This document shows positions 24,222 through 36,892 of a DNA stretch of 64,000 bases, piece by piece. The translations under genes were made by a program, and so were the position numbers. The stretch is from Chlorokybus atmophyticus (taxonomy: Eukaryota; Plantae; Mesostigma and Chlorokybus algae), in contig RHPI01003614.1 of assembly GCA_009103225.1 (NCBI GenBank), forward strand, positions 15,829 through 79,828, written 5' to 3'. Every line of letters begins with the position of its first letter. The first letter of the stretch is position 1. Below the pieces are notes generated by a model. That model was not told the origin of the DNA and ran no database searches. It was given only the letters and a program-made list of their open reading frames with translations.

Positions 24222-27200
24222 TTACTCGGCGCGCTGCTCACCACCATCACGACTAGCATGCGCTTGCGGTGCCACTTGGTCGGCTGCAGTGACAGTAGTA
24301 TCATTGGCATTACGTGCACCGCACTGCACATAAACTCCATATGGCGTGTTGGGTTGTCGCAACGTCGTGAGCGTTGCCGTCTCAGCGGTGTTTACGTCTT
24401 CTTGCAATGCAATGACTTGCTGCTGTAATCGCTCGATCTGATGCGACTGATCAGTAATCTTCTTCAAGCATGTTTCTAGTATACCCGACGGGTCCGGACC
24501 CTGAATGAAGGAAATTCACTAAGCAAGCAATCCACTTAGTGATACAAACCGTTACAACACCAACACTACTACTCACCGAGGTTCTGCTGGCGCTTTGCAG
24601 CTTATTGATGCGAGATATCATCGCTGCCGCCATAGCTTGAGGATTAGCAGCCTCTCTCTGCACAACACAATGCAAGCACAACATCACCCACTCAAAGCCC
24701 ACACAGCAAGCTGACACCAACACATCAATGACAGCACGCACCTGTAAAGGGGCCTGGTCCGCGCCAGCATTAAACAACACATGTGCCAACTCCTCTCGTG
24801 ACAAACTCATCTCCCCGAGAGTCAACCTGTCCTTAGATAGAGCTTTTCTGGCCTGAGTGTGGACTCAACACATTATTTGTGTGTGCGAGTTTATGTGTGA
24901 GATATAGAGGTATGAGATGCCTAAGATATAAAATATGAGTTGCGTGGTAAGCACCTTGTCACGCACGGCCGGCGTGCGCGACCTGCGCAACTTGCGCAAA
25001 TACAAGTACATTTGGCGATCCGGAAGATAGTTTGAGCGGAAGTAATTGCGCCAGTACGCACGCCACTTGTCCATGATTATGAACAACAGCTCGTGACCCA
25101 TCGAGCGCGTGCATTTTGCATCGGCCTTCACATCGGCAAACGCATCTGCAATGAGGTAAATATGACTGGTGCGCAAAATCCATCATGTGGACTGCAAGCA
25201 ACAGCTAGTTGTGTTGATACTGACCGATGACGATGGCTATGAGAAAGTTGAAAAGGATGAAGAACACAAGGATAATGTATGACCAGAAGAACACTACGCC
25301 AACCAAGTACATAAGTCCATTCTGTTGCATCAGTGGGTTGTTCACCTGCAGCACACAGTCTTGTTACTCAGTACCAAGATTGCTGCCACAATCAGTGGTG
25401 GCAATAACACAAACACACACGACATGCCGACTTGCTTGCAGTGACACTTACATCAGTATCTCCAAGCAGCATCCGGAAGAGAGTCACGCAGGCGAGCCAT
25501 AGTTGAGAAAACTGCAGATCAAGTTGCCGCTTTAATTTCAATGCAGGATAAGGCACGCGAAGCAACAAGCGCGTATACACACACACACACACACACTAAC
25601 TCACGTCTTGAATGGTTTCGCCAAAGGCAATGAGAGCGAGCATGGCGTAGCATAGAAAGACGAGAATTGCCAAGAAGAAGAAGTGGCCAAGGTCGACAGC
25701 CGCGCGGACAAGCGTGCGTGTGAGCAGTCCCATACGAGGTTGAAAGTCACATAGCTTGAGTGTTCTCAACAACATCAAGACAATACTGAAACACATACGT
25801 TAGTTCAGGATGCGTTTGTTACGTAACACGCACACACGCACACGAACTTGATGCTGTTGACGGCGAGGTAGAAGCGCCACGTCCTGGCAAGCATGTTGAC
25901 TTTTGCGAGCATTGCCACAAAGTCCTGCAAGCCTTGTCCATTCGCATTAAGCTTCAGCGCGTGCGGCCCGAAGCGGTTCGACCCCGTCGCGGCGTATATG
26001 TTGTAGAAGACCGGTGTGTCAAAGCGTGTGGCGTACTGAAGGACAAATGTGACCCACGTGACGACGGCGGTGAAGAGCAGCGCGATGGAGGCTGCATCAA
26101 CATAGTTCCAGAAGCTGCGATAGTGTGCGAGGAGTGACCCTTTCTTCACCCACGTGCGGTATATATCTGATCCCTCAAAGTACACCTCTGCGCATATGCA
26201 CATCAGCAATACCAGCTCCAACGCCTGCATAGACATGGGGACATATGTTGATGTGTAAGTGCGGCTGTTGTGTGGTGCGGTATCAAGTTGACTTACCGCA
26301 CGGATGCACGCGGTAGTGCTATCGTAACGCTCGACAGACACTGAGACTATGTATGGATTGATTGATATGCTCCCGCCATCGTTGAAACCAAAATTTACCC
26401 TAAAACTGGTGAAGAGTTGCAGAATCACTGTGTCACGGAAACAAGCAAGGGAGTCAGTAAGTCGAGGAGACAACATGCAACATACAAGGATACCTTACCG
26501 TTGTATGTAACAAAATGCATGTAGAGGTCTTTGGTCTGGACTTGGTCAAGGAAGAAGCCGTCCTCAAGGTAATCAACAAACCTGTGTGGATGCATTAGCT
26601 TAGCTTGCTGGTGATAATGTATGCATGCATGTTGTGTATCTACCAAGCAAGCCTTAACAGAAAGTATAAACAGCAAACACACACCTTGCGGCCTCTTCTG
26701 CGTTGAGGTCGATCGCCACTACTGCCGGGAACCCAACTGGTCTCAATTTGTTCTGCAAGCAGTTGGATTAGATATGTCTGTGCTTGTGTGTGCGCGTGTT
26801 GGGAAGAGGGAAAATCATATATTTACCACTGCAGGCATTGGGAAGAAGCCGAACGGGACCCCATGTTTGCTCATGTCGCCCGGACTGCAACAAAGAACTC
26901 GCATTGGTATCTATTAAGAAGAACAAAAACAGCCAATGCAGCACATTAAGTTACTATGCCGTGCACGCCCTCGCTTCAGCTTCATTGCACGTATGTATGT
27001 GTGCGTACATGTTGGTACCAAAACTTGCAATTGACTCGCCTGTAGTACTTCTGGGGATCCCTGGCTGCAGCCTCAATATAAAACTTGCTACTCCTCACAA
27101 ACACTGGTGGCGGATCCAATGTGAAGTTAGCACACGTTGACAGCACACACAAACACGCGCGGACACGTTTTCAACATGTGTACCAGGGTCGGCACCATAC

Positions 27201-30200
27201 GGGTTGTTGTCGGCCTCACGTAAGCGGCATTGCGCGTTGGGGAGAAGTTGAGCAAATCTACTGTCTGAGCAGTTGTCGCGTTGGTATCGCGTGGTGTGAA
27301 GCAGGATGCCTGCCAGGATGCGGTTGGTGAGGCCGACAACGTACGTGGTAGCGTTGGTGGCATTGTTGCCGGACAAGCCCACGTCGTCGTGCACGTAGTT
27401 GTTGAACCCGAATGGGAATGAGAGGGGTGCGTGGGCGTCGCTTGCAACCAAATTGCAGCATGCCAAATCTGGAACAACCAGCGCATGAGCATCTTTCTCA
27501 ACAAGACTTGTGAAACAGCACTCGCGCACGCGCGTGAGTATGTGTGCGCACGCACGCACAAACCAACGTACCGCTGCCATTGAGAGGCCACCTGAGAGAG
27601 CAGCAGTCCTGTGCACCAGAAGTTTCATACGTGTTGGCTCACACATGGCATGGACAGGCACAACCCACCAGCAGCTACACCTCACCTCAAAATCATTACC
27701 GCAATTGGGGTCCAAGCAGCTGGGCTGGCAGATGGCGTCGCCTGCATTTTGCCACTGGCAGTAGTCTTTTGGATCACCGTTCACCACAGGTGCCCTGCAA
27801 TAATCTGCAACAGAGAGAACAGGACACACACACACCTTCATTCTTCCTCACTCCAGCCCAAGCACATGTGTGGATGGCTTTGTGAGCTATCCCACAAAAC
27901 AAGTTGCAATTACCATCAGGACGGTGGCCTGGATAGTTGATGCGGTCGTAATAAGCGGCTGGACACCCGAATAAAGGGTCAGAAGGGTCCTCTAGCGTTC
28001 CGTTTGCGCCAGGAATGTTGAGATACTGCAGAATGGGCTGCCGCGCCTACACAGATGTGTTTGTATGTGTGCGTGCACACGCGTGTGTGTGATTGTTTGT
28101 GTATCCGCTTTTGACTGACATCAACAGCAATGATGTTGGCGCGTACGATCAGGCATAATGCGTGGTTGCTGATGACGGTGACGTTAGGGAACAAACGTAG
28201 GGAGGTGCACATCCCCTGCACGCAGTGTTGATAGATGTCCTCCGGGCTCGCCGTGACGTTGCCGGGACAACGCAAGAAGCACGCCTTGACCCGCGAGCAC
28301 CCTTTCTCGCAATTAGTTATTGTGCTCCCGCAGTACTGCCAACGCGCCGCTATCTCAGCGTCTGTCTCAAAGTCGTCACTAATGGTTATCACGTTCAGGT
28401 CAACATAGTCAAAGTCGGTCACCAACGATGTTGATGTTGTTGCAATGCCTGCCAAGGTGGCTGTGTCAACAAGATGGACCATTTCAAGGCGAATGTGTGC
28501 AGGCACACAATGACGGTGTCATCGTACCCACGGCAATGCCGGTAACATTTGCAGGTGAAATAAGGACTTGGCCTTTCACGCCGCCACCTGACAGACAGAT
28601 AAATTCACACAGACACGCACGCACGCACGCACGCAAACACATACTTGAGAACTGTGTCTCGCCTGCTTGCACTATTGTATGAGGGCTTCAGCAAGCCGTA
28701 CCAGGTGCAAGCAAGCAGACGGTGTAGTTGCCATCAATCATGAACCTGTCATAGCACATTGAGTTGACAGTTGTATGTGTACCTTGCATTGTCACACACA
28801 CACATACAGGTTATTCAATCAATATCACGTGAGAATGCTTGCTTACAGAGTAGTCGTCTGCGTCCCCATCAACCTACCAGCGCTGAAGTTGTAAGGAGTA
28901 CTGAACCTGTGCACTCAAGTGGTTAATTCTGGACATGTTGCATACACAACAGTCAGTCAACGCCGCATTGCAGTTACCAGCATTTTGTGTTGGGGTCTGT
29001 CATGGAGGACAAGGAACAGTCATCCGGCGCGCTGCACAACATATGAGGCTGTTTTGACACGCACATGCTCGTGCAAACAGCATCCTTCATGATTGCTGTG
29101 TCAACATTCTGCTCACCACAAGTTCCAGAAAGAGCGCGACTGATCAGTTGTGGTACGAAAGTTGAAGCCGAATCTAACGGTGACGTTGGTAAGACAGCGA
29201 GACCACCCACAATCCTACAGACCGCACAACCGTCATTGAGCTGTAAACATTCGATTATAACTATGAACCACTTGCCTCTGGACAGCCGAAGCGACCGTAG
29301 CCTTTGAACTCGTATGGTTGCTCGCACACGCCACCCCCACACACGGGGTTTGTGAACGTGCGCACCAACATGCCCCTCACCCTTTGAACACACATGACGC
29401 TGCTGTTGCTGTTGTTGTTATGGATATTTGTGATCAGCAGCACGAAAGACTGTCGACAATACCAGGCATGGAGGCTGGCCGTGTCCTGAAACTCTTTGAG
29501 GATGTTGCCGTTGCCATCGGTTGGCAGCAGTGTTGATATCGTGCTGTTGACTCCGTAAACAACTGACGCATCCCTGTAAAATACCCACATGTTGTGGTTG
29601 CGCATCTTCATGTGTCGTGGGGGAAACAATATGCTCACCTCTGCATGAACAGCACAACAAAGTAGAGTCCCGTGAACAGCATGAAACCGATGAGATGCCT
29701 GTAACCCTTTTTACGCAAGTCCCACTCTTCGAACTGTTGCATCAAAGCATTTCAGTTGCTTGAAGCACCTGATTGAAAATGTGTGGATGATGATATGCAC
29801 CTGTGCATGCACAGTGGTGAGGACTTCATCAGTCGATCGTGCATGCCCGTCCTCAGCAATAGCATCATCGGCCTGGGCGGCCTCAACTGCCACTTCACCA
29901 CCGCCCTGCTTGCTTGAGCTTGCTGCCTGTTGTTATAGCTGGCAACGTTGCTGTTGTTGTTAATGATATGGCAAAGGTGCCAGCGGTGATGACGACAGCG
30001 CCGACAATAGCAACACTTGTGATTGTGTATTGTTGTGGCTGTGGCTACCTTCTGTGACGTGCCACAACAGTGAAAACACTAACAGCGACAGGCCACCGCA
30101 ACAGCCACAGCAGCTCAGACGAAGCCGGTGCCAACCGCAACACCAACAACAAATCAACAGCAACAGCAGTACTAGCAACACAAGGCGACGAGCAAGCTGT

Positions 30201-30855
30201 TGCTTGATTCTGTTCTGCTACTGTTGGCATTGCTGTTGCTGTTGTTGTCGTTGTGACTGAACTATTGCTGCTATCAGAGTGATACGTACCAGTGAATGCA
30301 ATATCACAGGTTGCTTCCAATGCATCGCGCATATGCACCTTTGAAGCGAATGTGGCATGTGCAGTAAGATGGCAAAGCATTGCGCCAGTGTCACAAAGCT
30401 GGCAGTGCAGCTGGCTGCTGCAGTCATGCTGCGCCTCAACTAATTGATTGATGGTTGACTAACCACTGAAGCACATGCGTGTATGCCGGTTGATAACGCT
30501 TGCGCAGCAGATAAAAATGCTCTAAGACAGCCACGAAACCCTAACCCTGACGCGACACACAGCAGCACAGACTCGCTGTTGCTGTTGCTGTGGTCGTGGC
30601 TCTCAACCCTTGCAAGCAAAGCTTGGTGCCGCCTGTGATAAAAAGAGTCGGCCACTGGTGTGGCACCACTGGTGTGACAGCTCCTCAGACCAGCGGACTA
30701 CATGCACACAGACACCCACAGCTGATAGACACAGCTGATAGACATAGCTGGATAGCTGGAGGCATGCGCTGCTAGCGGCAATGCAAATACTCTTGTACAA
30801 CTGTGCAAGCAGCTTGCAGTCTGCTCGGCTCAACTCAGCCCACCCAACTTACCAT
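24222..30855 (-). CDS. Polycystin-2/TRPP-like cation channel, paralogue B (convergent duplicate of A)
   Basis: Exon-for-exon counterpart of A: FEEWDLRKKGYRHL, NPVCGGGVCEQPYEF, CQWQNAGDAICQPSCLDPNCGNDFEDCC, FWNYVDAASIALL, CDFQPRMGLLTRTL, FRMLLGDT, DAFADVK, TAA at 24222. No frame disruption seen in the exons traced. ATG at 30855 is inferred. Confidence 0.87.
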
Positions 30856-31499
30856 CAGGCGCTGTTCCTCGACGTCACATTACGGCACAAGCGCCACCGA
30901 CGCATGCAGTGCTTCTGCGACCCACGACACGGGCGCTGCCTCTTCCGCCGCCGCCCAGCTAAGCCCAGCGTTGTACGGCGTTGCATGCCGCAGCGGCTTG
31001 GCAAGCATGTGACGGGAACGGGATCGGGCGAGCCGGGTCTACCTTAGCACACTTGAGGACTGCCAGTCGTTCTGGGCGGAACAGGTGTACACGTAGCACA
31101 ACATGTAGCCAGCAGCAGACCTGTCTACCACATGGTAAATAGCAGACTTCTTGCTGCACATGTTTCCTGAACCAATATACAACCACCCATTTGAAAAGGG
31201 CCCTTTGCACTCTGCCTCCGCATCTGATGTCTCAACTTTGTGTATGAGGGCCTCACACAAAAGAATAAAGTCTTTCCATGTAATGACACCACTCACTTAC
31301 TTGCTAGTCAACTTTGTGTATGAGGGCCTCACCAACTTACACACAAGCACAAGAACTGATGCACAACACACTTTAATGCAGCACCTCGCGGAGGGGAGAT
31401 ACAGCATTAGTGTCCGGTATGAGAGGATGACCGCCAGCCCTCCAACAGCTCCCACACACGCTAAAGTGCAGTCACCAACCAATGCCACACACTCACACC

Positions 31500-32290
31500 A
31501 CTAGGGATGAGGGGGAGAGCCCCTTCAACAGCTACAACCAGGCACCCCACACCTAAGTGGCCCTCGAGTGGTGAACACGCTCTGATCTCTAATCAAGGTA
31601 GCAACTGACGTTTGATACCGCTTGCCGCTCTCCCATCTGGCACACAGCATTTCCAAGGCCTTGTCATTGTGTGCTGACCTTTCAGCACATGCTGACTGTG
31701 TCCACATAAGGCATGTCCCATCATAGGACATCAACCTCGGGATTATCAAATCTTGAGATTGTCAAACACAGGACATGAGAGGGGGAGACGTCCGGACAGG
31801 GGAAGCCAAGCCTAAGGATTAAATAAATGGTCCGGGGAGGCAGGCCGAGGCGTAGTGGATTGCTGAGAAACGTGGTGTGAAGATGGAGCAGTGCGAATGC
31901 GATCCCTGGGCTCGCGGGGAGGCTGTCTAACCTCCGCATGCAGCTTGAAGAATGGGCAGCGCGACTCCGTGTGGCCCTTTACACTGCACAATCCGCATGG
32001 CCGGTGAAGGGGAGAGCTCGAGGTGAGGATGTCGATGGCGAAGGTAATCATCCTCCCCTCCGATTGCACCGAAAAGCAGAGCTTACGCGGGAGAGAAGCA
32101 CCTGTCTTCAGGACCGAGCGGCAACGAGCCTCTGTGCCTGGCGAGGTGGAGATAGAGGGGCCCCAAGTTCTGGCGAGAGGGGCGCCCATCACACCATATG
32201 GGGCCATAGCTGCTGGAAGAAAGGAAAGAAAAGAGGAGAGGAGCAGGGAAAGGATATTCAGTCCTTCACTTCATTAACGTCCTCCTAACG
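31500..32290 (-). mobile_element. Degenerate retroelement gag-like fragment with CCHC zinc knuckle
   Basis: ORF 31812-32207 contains CGLCSVKGHTESRC (C-x2-C-x4-H-x4-C). Family not determined. Confidence 0.45.
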
Positions 32291-32459
32291 ACGGACCTTG
32301 ACGTTGGAGCCTAGCCATCGTGCGAGAGAGTCCCGAAGCATGCCTCCAAAGAACCATGGAAGAACCTGTCGAGGAGAGAAGACAACATGAACCTCCCAGG
32401 CAGCAAGACAGTGCACAAATGTGTGTAACGGGACCGAGGCATCGTCCGCCCACTGACTC

Positions 32460-32715
32460 TATCCACAATAGGCGACTACAGCGAATTGTTGGGTCGAGGA
32501 GAGTCAAGGGTCACGCTGTCTCGGGCCGCTGCAGGGAAAGACATGCTTGCTAGCCCTGTTGCTGCAACATGTTGTAACGTGTAGCAAAAGCAAAAGATAA
32601 TCTAGCTCGTATGGCGACGAGTGCTTGATGGAGCTACTCCGCTGTTGCTGAATGGCGTGGATATGTGGAGGCGGTGTCCTTATTAGTGTACATGCTGTAG
32701 GACACACAGTCACCA
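32460..32715 (-). repeat. LTR-related fragment similar to 33310-33562
   Basis: About 250 bp diverged direct repeat of the adjacent LTR end. It ends ...acacagtcacca, versus ...acacagttatcca in the adjacent LTR. Confidence 0.75.
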
Positions 32716-32726
32716 AGCCACTACTA

Positions 32727-33562
32727 TGGGTAGCGCTTTACACAGTTCTTTGCACGAGCGGAAAATGTGTTACACTGGTAAGTGAGGTGAATGAGCGAGC
32801 AACACGTGGATACTATGCCCTAACTAATGCCAACAAGCACACTGCAACCATGCACACCAAGCTCACAGCAATGACAGGCACGATGCACTCGAGCATGCAC
32901 AGGCTCTCACATGGTGAGGGGTTTCTTGATAACCGGGACGGTGTGTTCGTAGTTCAAGTCGCTTGATAAGCTCTTAGCTTTCTCACTCATGTGATGACAG
33001 TGTTACCAGCTGATCCGGTAAACACCGTGACTACTTATACAAGTTAAATCATGACTGTTCTGAACATAAGCTAACGATCATATCAAGGCTATTTCCACAG
33101 CAATCCCCACTCGATGTAGAACACAACTTATAAACCTGAACTAACAACTAAACAGCTACGCGCGGTGCCTATGTAGGCTATGGTCATGAGCTACTCCAGA
33201 GTAATGACCTAGCTACTGGTCAGTGACGCGCGCGAGTTGGTATGCTTGTAGGCCAGGCGATGGTTTCGATATATGCATGCTCGAAGAAGGCTGGCGTATA
33301 CCAATACGCGAACAATAGGCATGTTAGCTGTCTGGTCGAGGAGAGTCGAGGGTCACGCTGTCTCGAGCCGCTGCAGGGAAGTACATACTTGCTAGCCCTG
33401 TTGCAACATGTTGTAACGTGTAGCAAAAGCAAAAGATAACTCAGCTCGTATGGCGACGAGTGCTTGATGGAGCTGCTTCGCTGTCGCTGAATAGTGTGGA
33501 TATGTGTGGAGGCAGTGTCCTCCTTAATGTACATGCTGTGCTGTAGGACACACAGTTATCCA
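32727..33562 (-). repeat. Probable 3' LTR of the DNMT-bearing gypsy element
   Basis: On the minus strand a purine-rich tract agagggggtggc is followed by TGGATA at 33562. The other end, TGGGTA at 32727, forms an imperfect terminal inverted repeat. No matching 5' LTR was found. Confidence 0.55.
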
Positions 33563-33649
33563 GCCACCCCCTCTGAGCTTCTGAGGAGGTTCCAGCTCCA
33601 GAGCTCAGTTGCTAACGCAAGTGAGGAGGGCCGTTAACGCGGCTGTCGT

Positions 33650-33776
33650 CGCACCTGTACTCCTCCATGGGTATTGCGTCCAATGGGGGCTCCAGACAGT
33701 AGCAATGCAGGCCCTTGTTACAGCCATCGCAGAGCATCCTGAGTGCGTCGTCGCTGGCGCTGCCGCAACGTTCATA
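33650..33776 (-). other. PHD finger at integrase C-terminus (degenerate)
   Basis: YERCGSASDDALRMLCDGCNKGLHCYCLEPPLDAIPMEEYRCD fits C4HC3 spacing and the typical LxPPL..P motif. The first and last Cys are mutated. Confidence 0.85.
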
Positions 33777-36700
33777 GCGTGTGCTGCGGGCGGGGCGAGG
33801 GTGCTTGATGCGCGCAAAGCCAGCTATATAAGGAAGGTGACAGGGCGCGCAGTTCACCATGTTGTCTTTCAACCTCTCTCCGTTTTTACCGAGGAGGTCC
33901 AGCACCCCTGTGGGGTACACCTTGAGTACCTTGCAGACTGTGCGGCCCACGGAGGTGTCGAGCGTGTCCTTGGTGGTTGCCATGCGGTAAGTAAAGTCCC
34001 CTGCTTGAAACCGCCATTGACGCTCCTTGTAGAAGCCGCTGCGCACGCGCTCGTAGCGCAGAGTGTCGCGATGCTGTGCGATGCGTAGGTTGTTTAAGGC
34101 CATAGGGACGGTGCGCTCAAACAGCGCGGCGCGTGTGGTGATGTTCAGATGCATCCAGTCGGGATCGTCGAGGTTGTTCACCGCACGATCTACTTCTTGC
34201 TGTGCACAAAAGGGAAGCAATGGCGGACGACCGAACAGCAGGTAGTATGGGCTGTGCTCGCGCAGAGCCGCCTGCTTTAACAGTCGGTATCTAAGGACCA
34301 CCCACGGAAGGTGGTTGTCCCAGGTGTTCTTCTTATACTTCGGCACGTACTTGCGGAGTGCCTTCTTGATGGTCTGCACTGTACGCTCTGCGAGACCGTC
34401 AGCTTTGGGGTGGTCACGTGAGGTGCGGCGATGATGGATGTAGCATTTGTCCAACAGGGTGTCGAACTCCCCTCTAAGCTCAGTGCCTTAGTGATGACCT
34501 CAGCGCAGCTGCCGAACCGACTGAGGACATGAGAGAGGAAGGCTTGAGACACCCCCCTGCTGCTTTTGTTGGGTAATGGCACCAGCTCCACCCATTTGAA
34601 AAAGTGCTCAATCATGACCAGGATGTAACGGTTGCCACGTGCCGAGGGTGCCAACTCCCAAGATGTTGAGTCCCCAGCGCTAGAAAAGACCAGAGATGGG
34701 GAGAGGGTGCAAGGTGGCGCTGCGTGTGTTGAGGCTGGCGCGTACCATGTCATACTGTTGGCAGTGACTGACGTACCCCTGCACCTGATTGGACAACCCA
34801 TACCACCAATATTCCGCCCTTACCAGGCTGACTGTACGCTTGATAGCGAAGTGTCCAAGCTCAGTGTAGAGGGCAGTGATGATGCCCTCATGAGTGGCTG
34901 GTGTCGGCACCTCCTTATCTCCGTCATGGAAGCAGCGATATAGCTTGTCATCTGCCCACCGATGGTGGCGGGTGCGTTAGTTGACAAGACGTCTCTCTCG
35001 TGCACTCATGCCGGAGGGAAGCTGGCCACTTTGAAGGAAGGAGAGTGATGGCTTGTCTAGCCATATGTCCTGCCTGGTGTCAGTGGGTGCCAGCTCGGTG
35101 TCATCGACTTCAATGTCGACCGCGTGGGCGTCTTGTAGGGGTGCGGTCACTATGGGGCCGGTAGACTCAAGGGCAGGAATCACCTCCGCCGTTGATGTGG
35201 CAGTGGTGTTGATCTTGCGCCCTAAAGCGCAACGCGGCAACAGCAAACATGGCTGCCACAGTGGGAGCTGCTGCTGCAGGGCCGAGCTCATTCCGAGCTC
35301 CAGTTGCATCATTGATGCTGAGGTGAAGGTTACGACTGAGGCCATCGGCGTCTTGGTTACTGAGGCCGGCGCGGTGATTGATCTCAATGTCATACTTCTG
35401 CAACAACAAGGCCCAGCGAGCGAGTTTCCTTATTAGATGTTGGTTGATCATCAACCACTTGAGTGGCTGATGATGGGTAAGCAGCTGAAAATGTCGATTG
35501 AAGAGGAAAGGTCCGCAGAAAGAGGTAGCCCATACTGCAACGAGGCACTCCCCCTCGTAGCTGCTGTGGTTGGCCTCGGCGCTGTTGTTGCTTCGGCTGG
35601 CGTGTGACACCACCCGCTCCTTCTTGTTCTCATCGTGCTGCACCAGCACAGCCCCATCCCGAGCTGGCTCCAGTCGGTGTGGAGGATGGAGGGCTTGGTG
35701 TAGTCAGGGCGTTTAAAAATGGGGGCTATGGTGAGCCTGCCCTTCAGCTCCTCAAACGCCTGCTGCTGTGGCTCCTTCCACGCAAACTCCACTTCCTTCT
35801 TCAGGAGCTCGTTGAGGGGCCGCGCAATTTTTGTGAAGTCCTTTACAAACCGGCGATAGTAGTTGGCAAGGCCTAGGAAGGCGCGCATGCGCATAAGCCC
35901 GTTGGAGCAGGGATAGATGCCATGGCCTCCATCTTTGCCTGCTGTGCGTACACACCGTGGGACACAATCATGTGCCTTAGGTAGGGTACCTTGTGAGTGA
36001 AGAAAGTGCACTTGCCGGGGTGCACAGTCATCCCCACCCCCTTGAGTCTCTCTTGCACCTCCTCAATGTGCTGTAGGTGCTCTGTGTTTCTGCGGCTGAA
36101 GATGAGAATGTTGTCAATGTAGCATCGCATATTCCAGCCCCTTCCAGACTTTGTCCATGACGCACTGAAACATGGCAGGAGCATTCTTCAGTCTGATGGG
36201 CATGACCTTCCACTGGTACAGCTGCCGGATGCCCCAGAAAGAGGTCTTGTGCTTATCCTTCTTCTTGATGGCAATCTGGTTATACCCTTGGCGCATGTCC
36301 AGGATGCTGAAGATGATACAGTCTCCTACATCATCAAAGATTCCTTCTGCAGTAGGCATACAATACCTATCTTGCTTGGTCTTGTAGTTGAGGGGGCGGT
36401 AGTTGCCGCACATACGCCGGGCTGTCCAGCTGCCTGCTGAATCCTTCTTCAGGGGCATGACGGTCAAAAGTCCGATGTGGACTCCTCATCCAGGCCTGCA
36501 TCTAGCAGAGCCTTGCACCTCTGCTCCACCAAGTCTTCTTCCAACTTAAAGAGTCGGTACTGTTGTCGGAACACCGGTTTAGTGTCCACCAAGTTGATGT
36601 CCATTTGGTAAACTGAGCAGACGCCCAGTTCCTTCACGCTGAAGTTAAACTGACTCCTCCACTTGTTGAGGAGAGCCTCGAGTTGACCTCGCGTCTGGCC

Positions 36701-36892
36701 TGTAGCTAGTGGTCCAATGGCATGGGGCCAAGAGGTAGCGCTGGCGACTACAAAAATGTCCTCCTTAGTGACTGCTGCCTGCTCCTTCATATGGGCGATT
36801 TCGCGAGCGGTGTGTGCCGCTTTGATATCTCGCACGCGATCAGCTCACCCCTTTGCTAGGTGTTTGAGCGCCTGAAAGTACACGTGGCGGTC

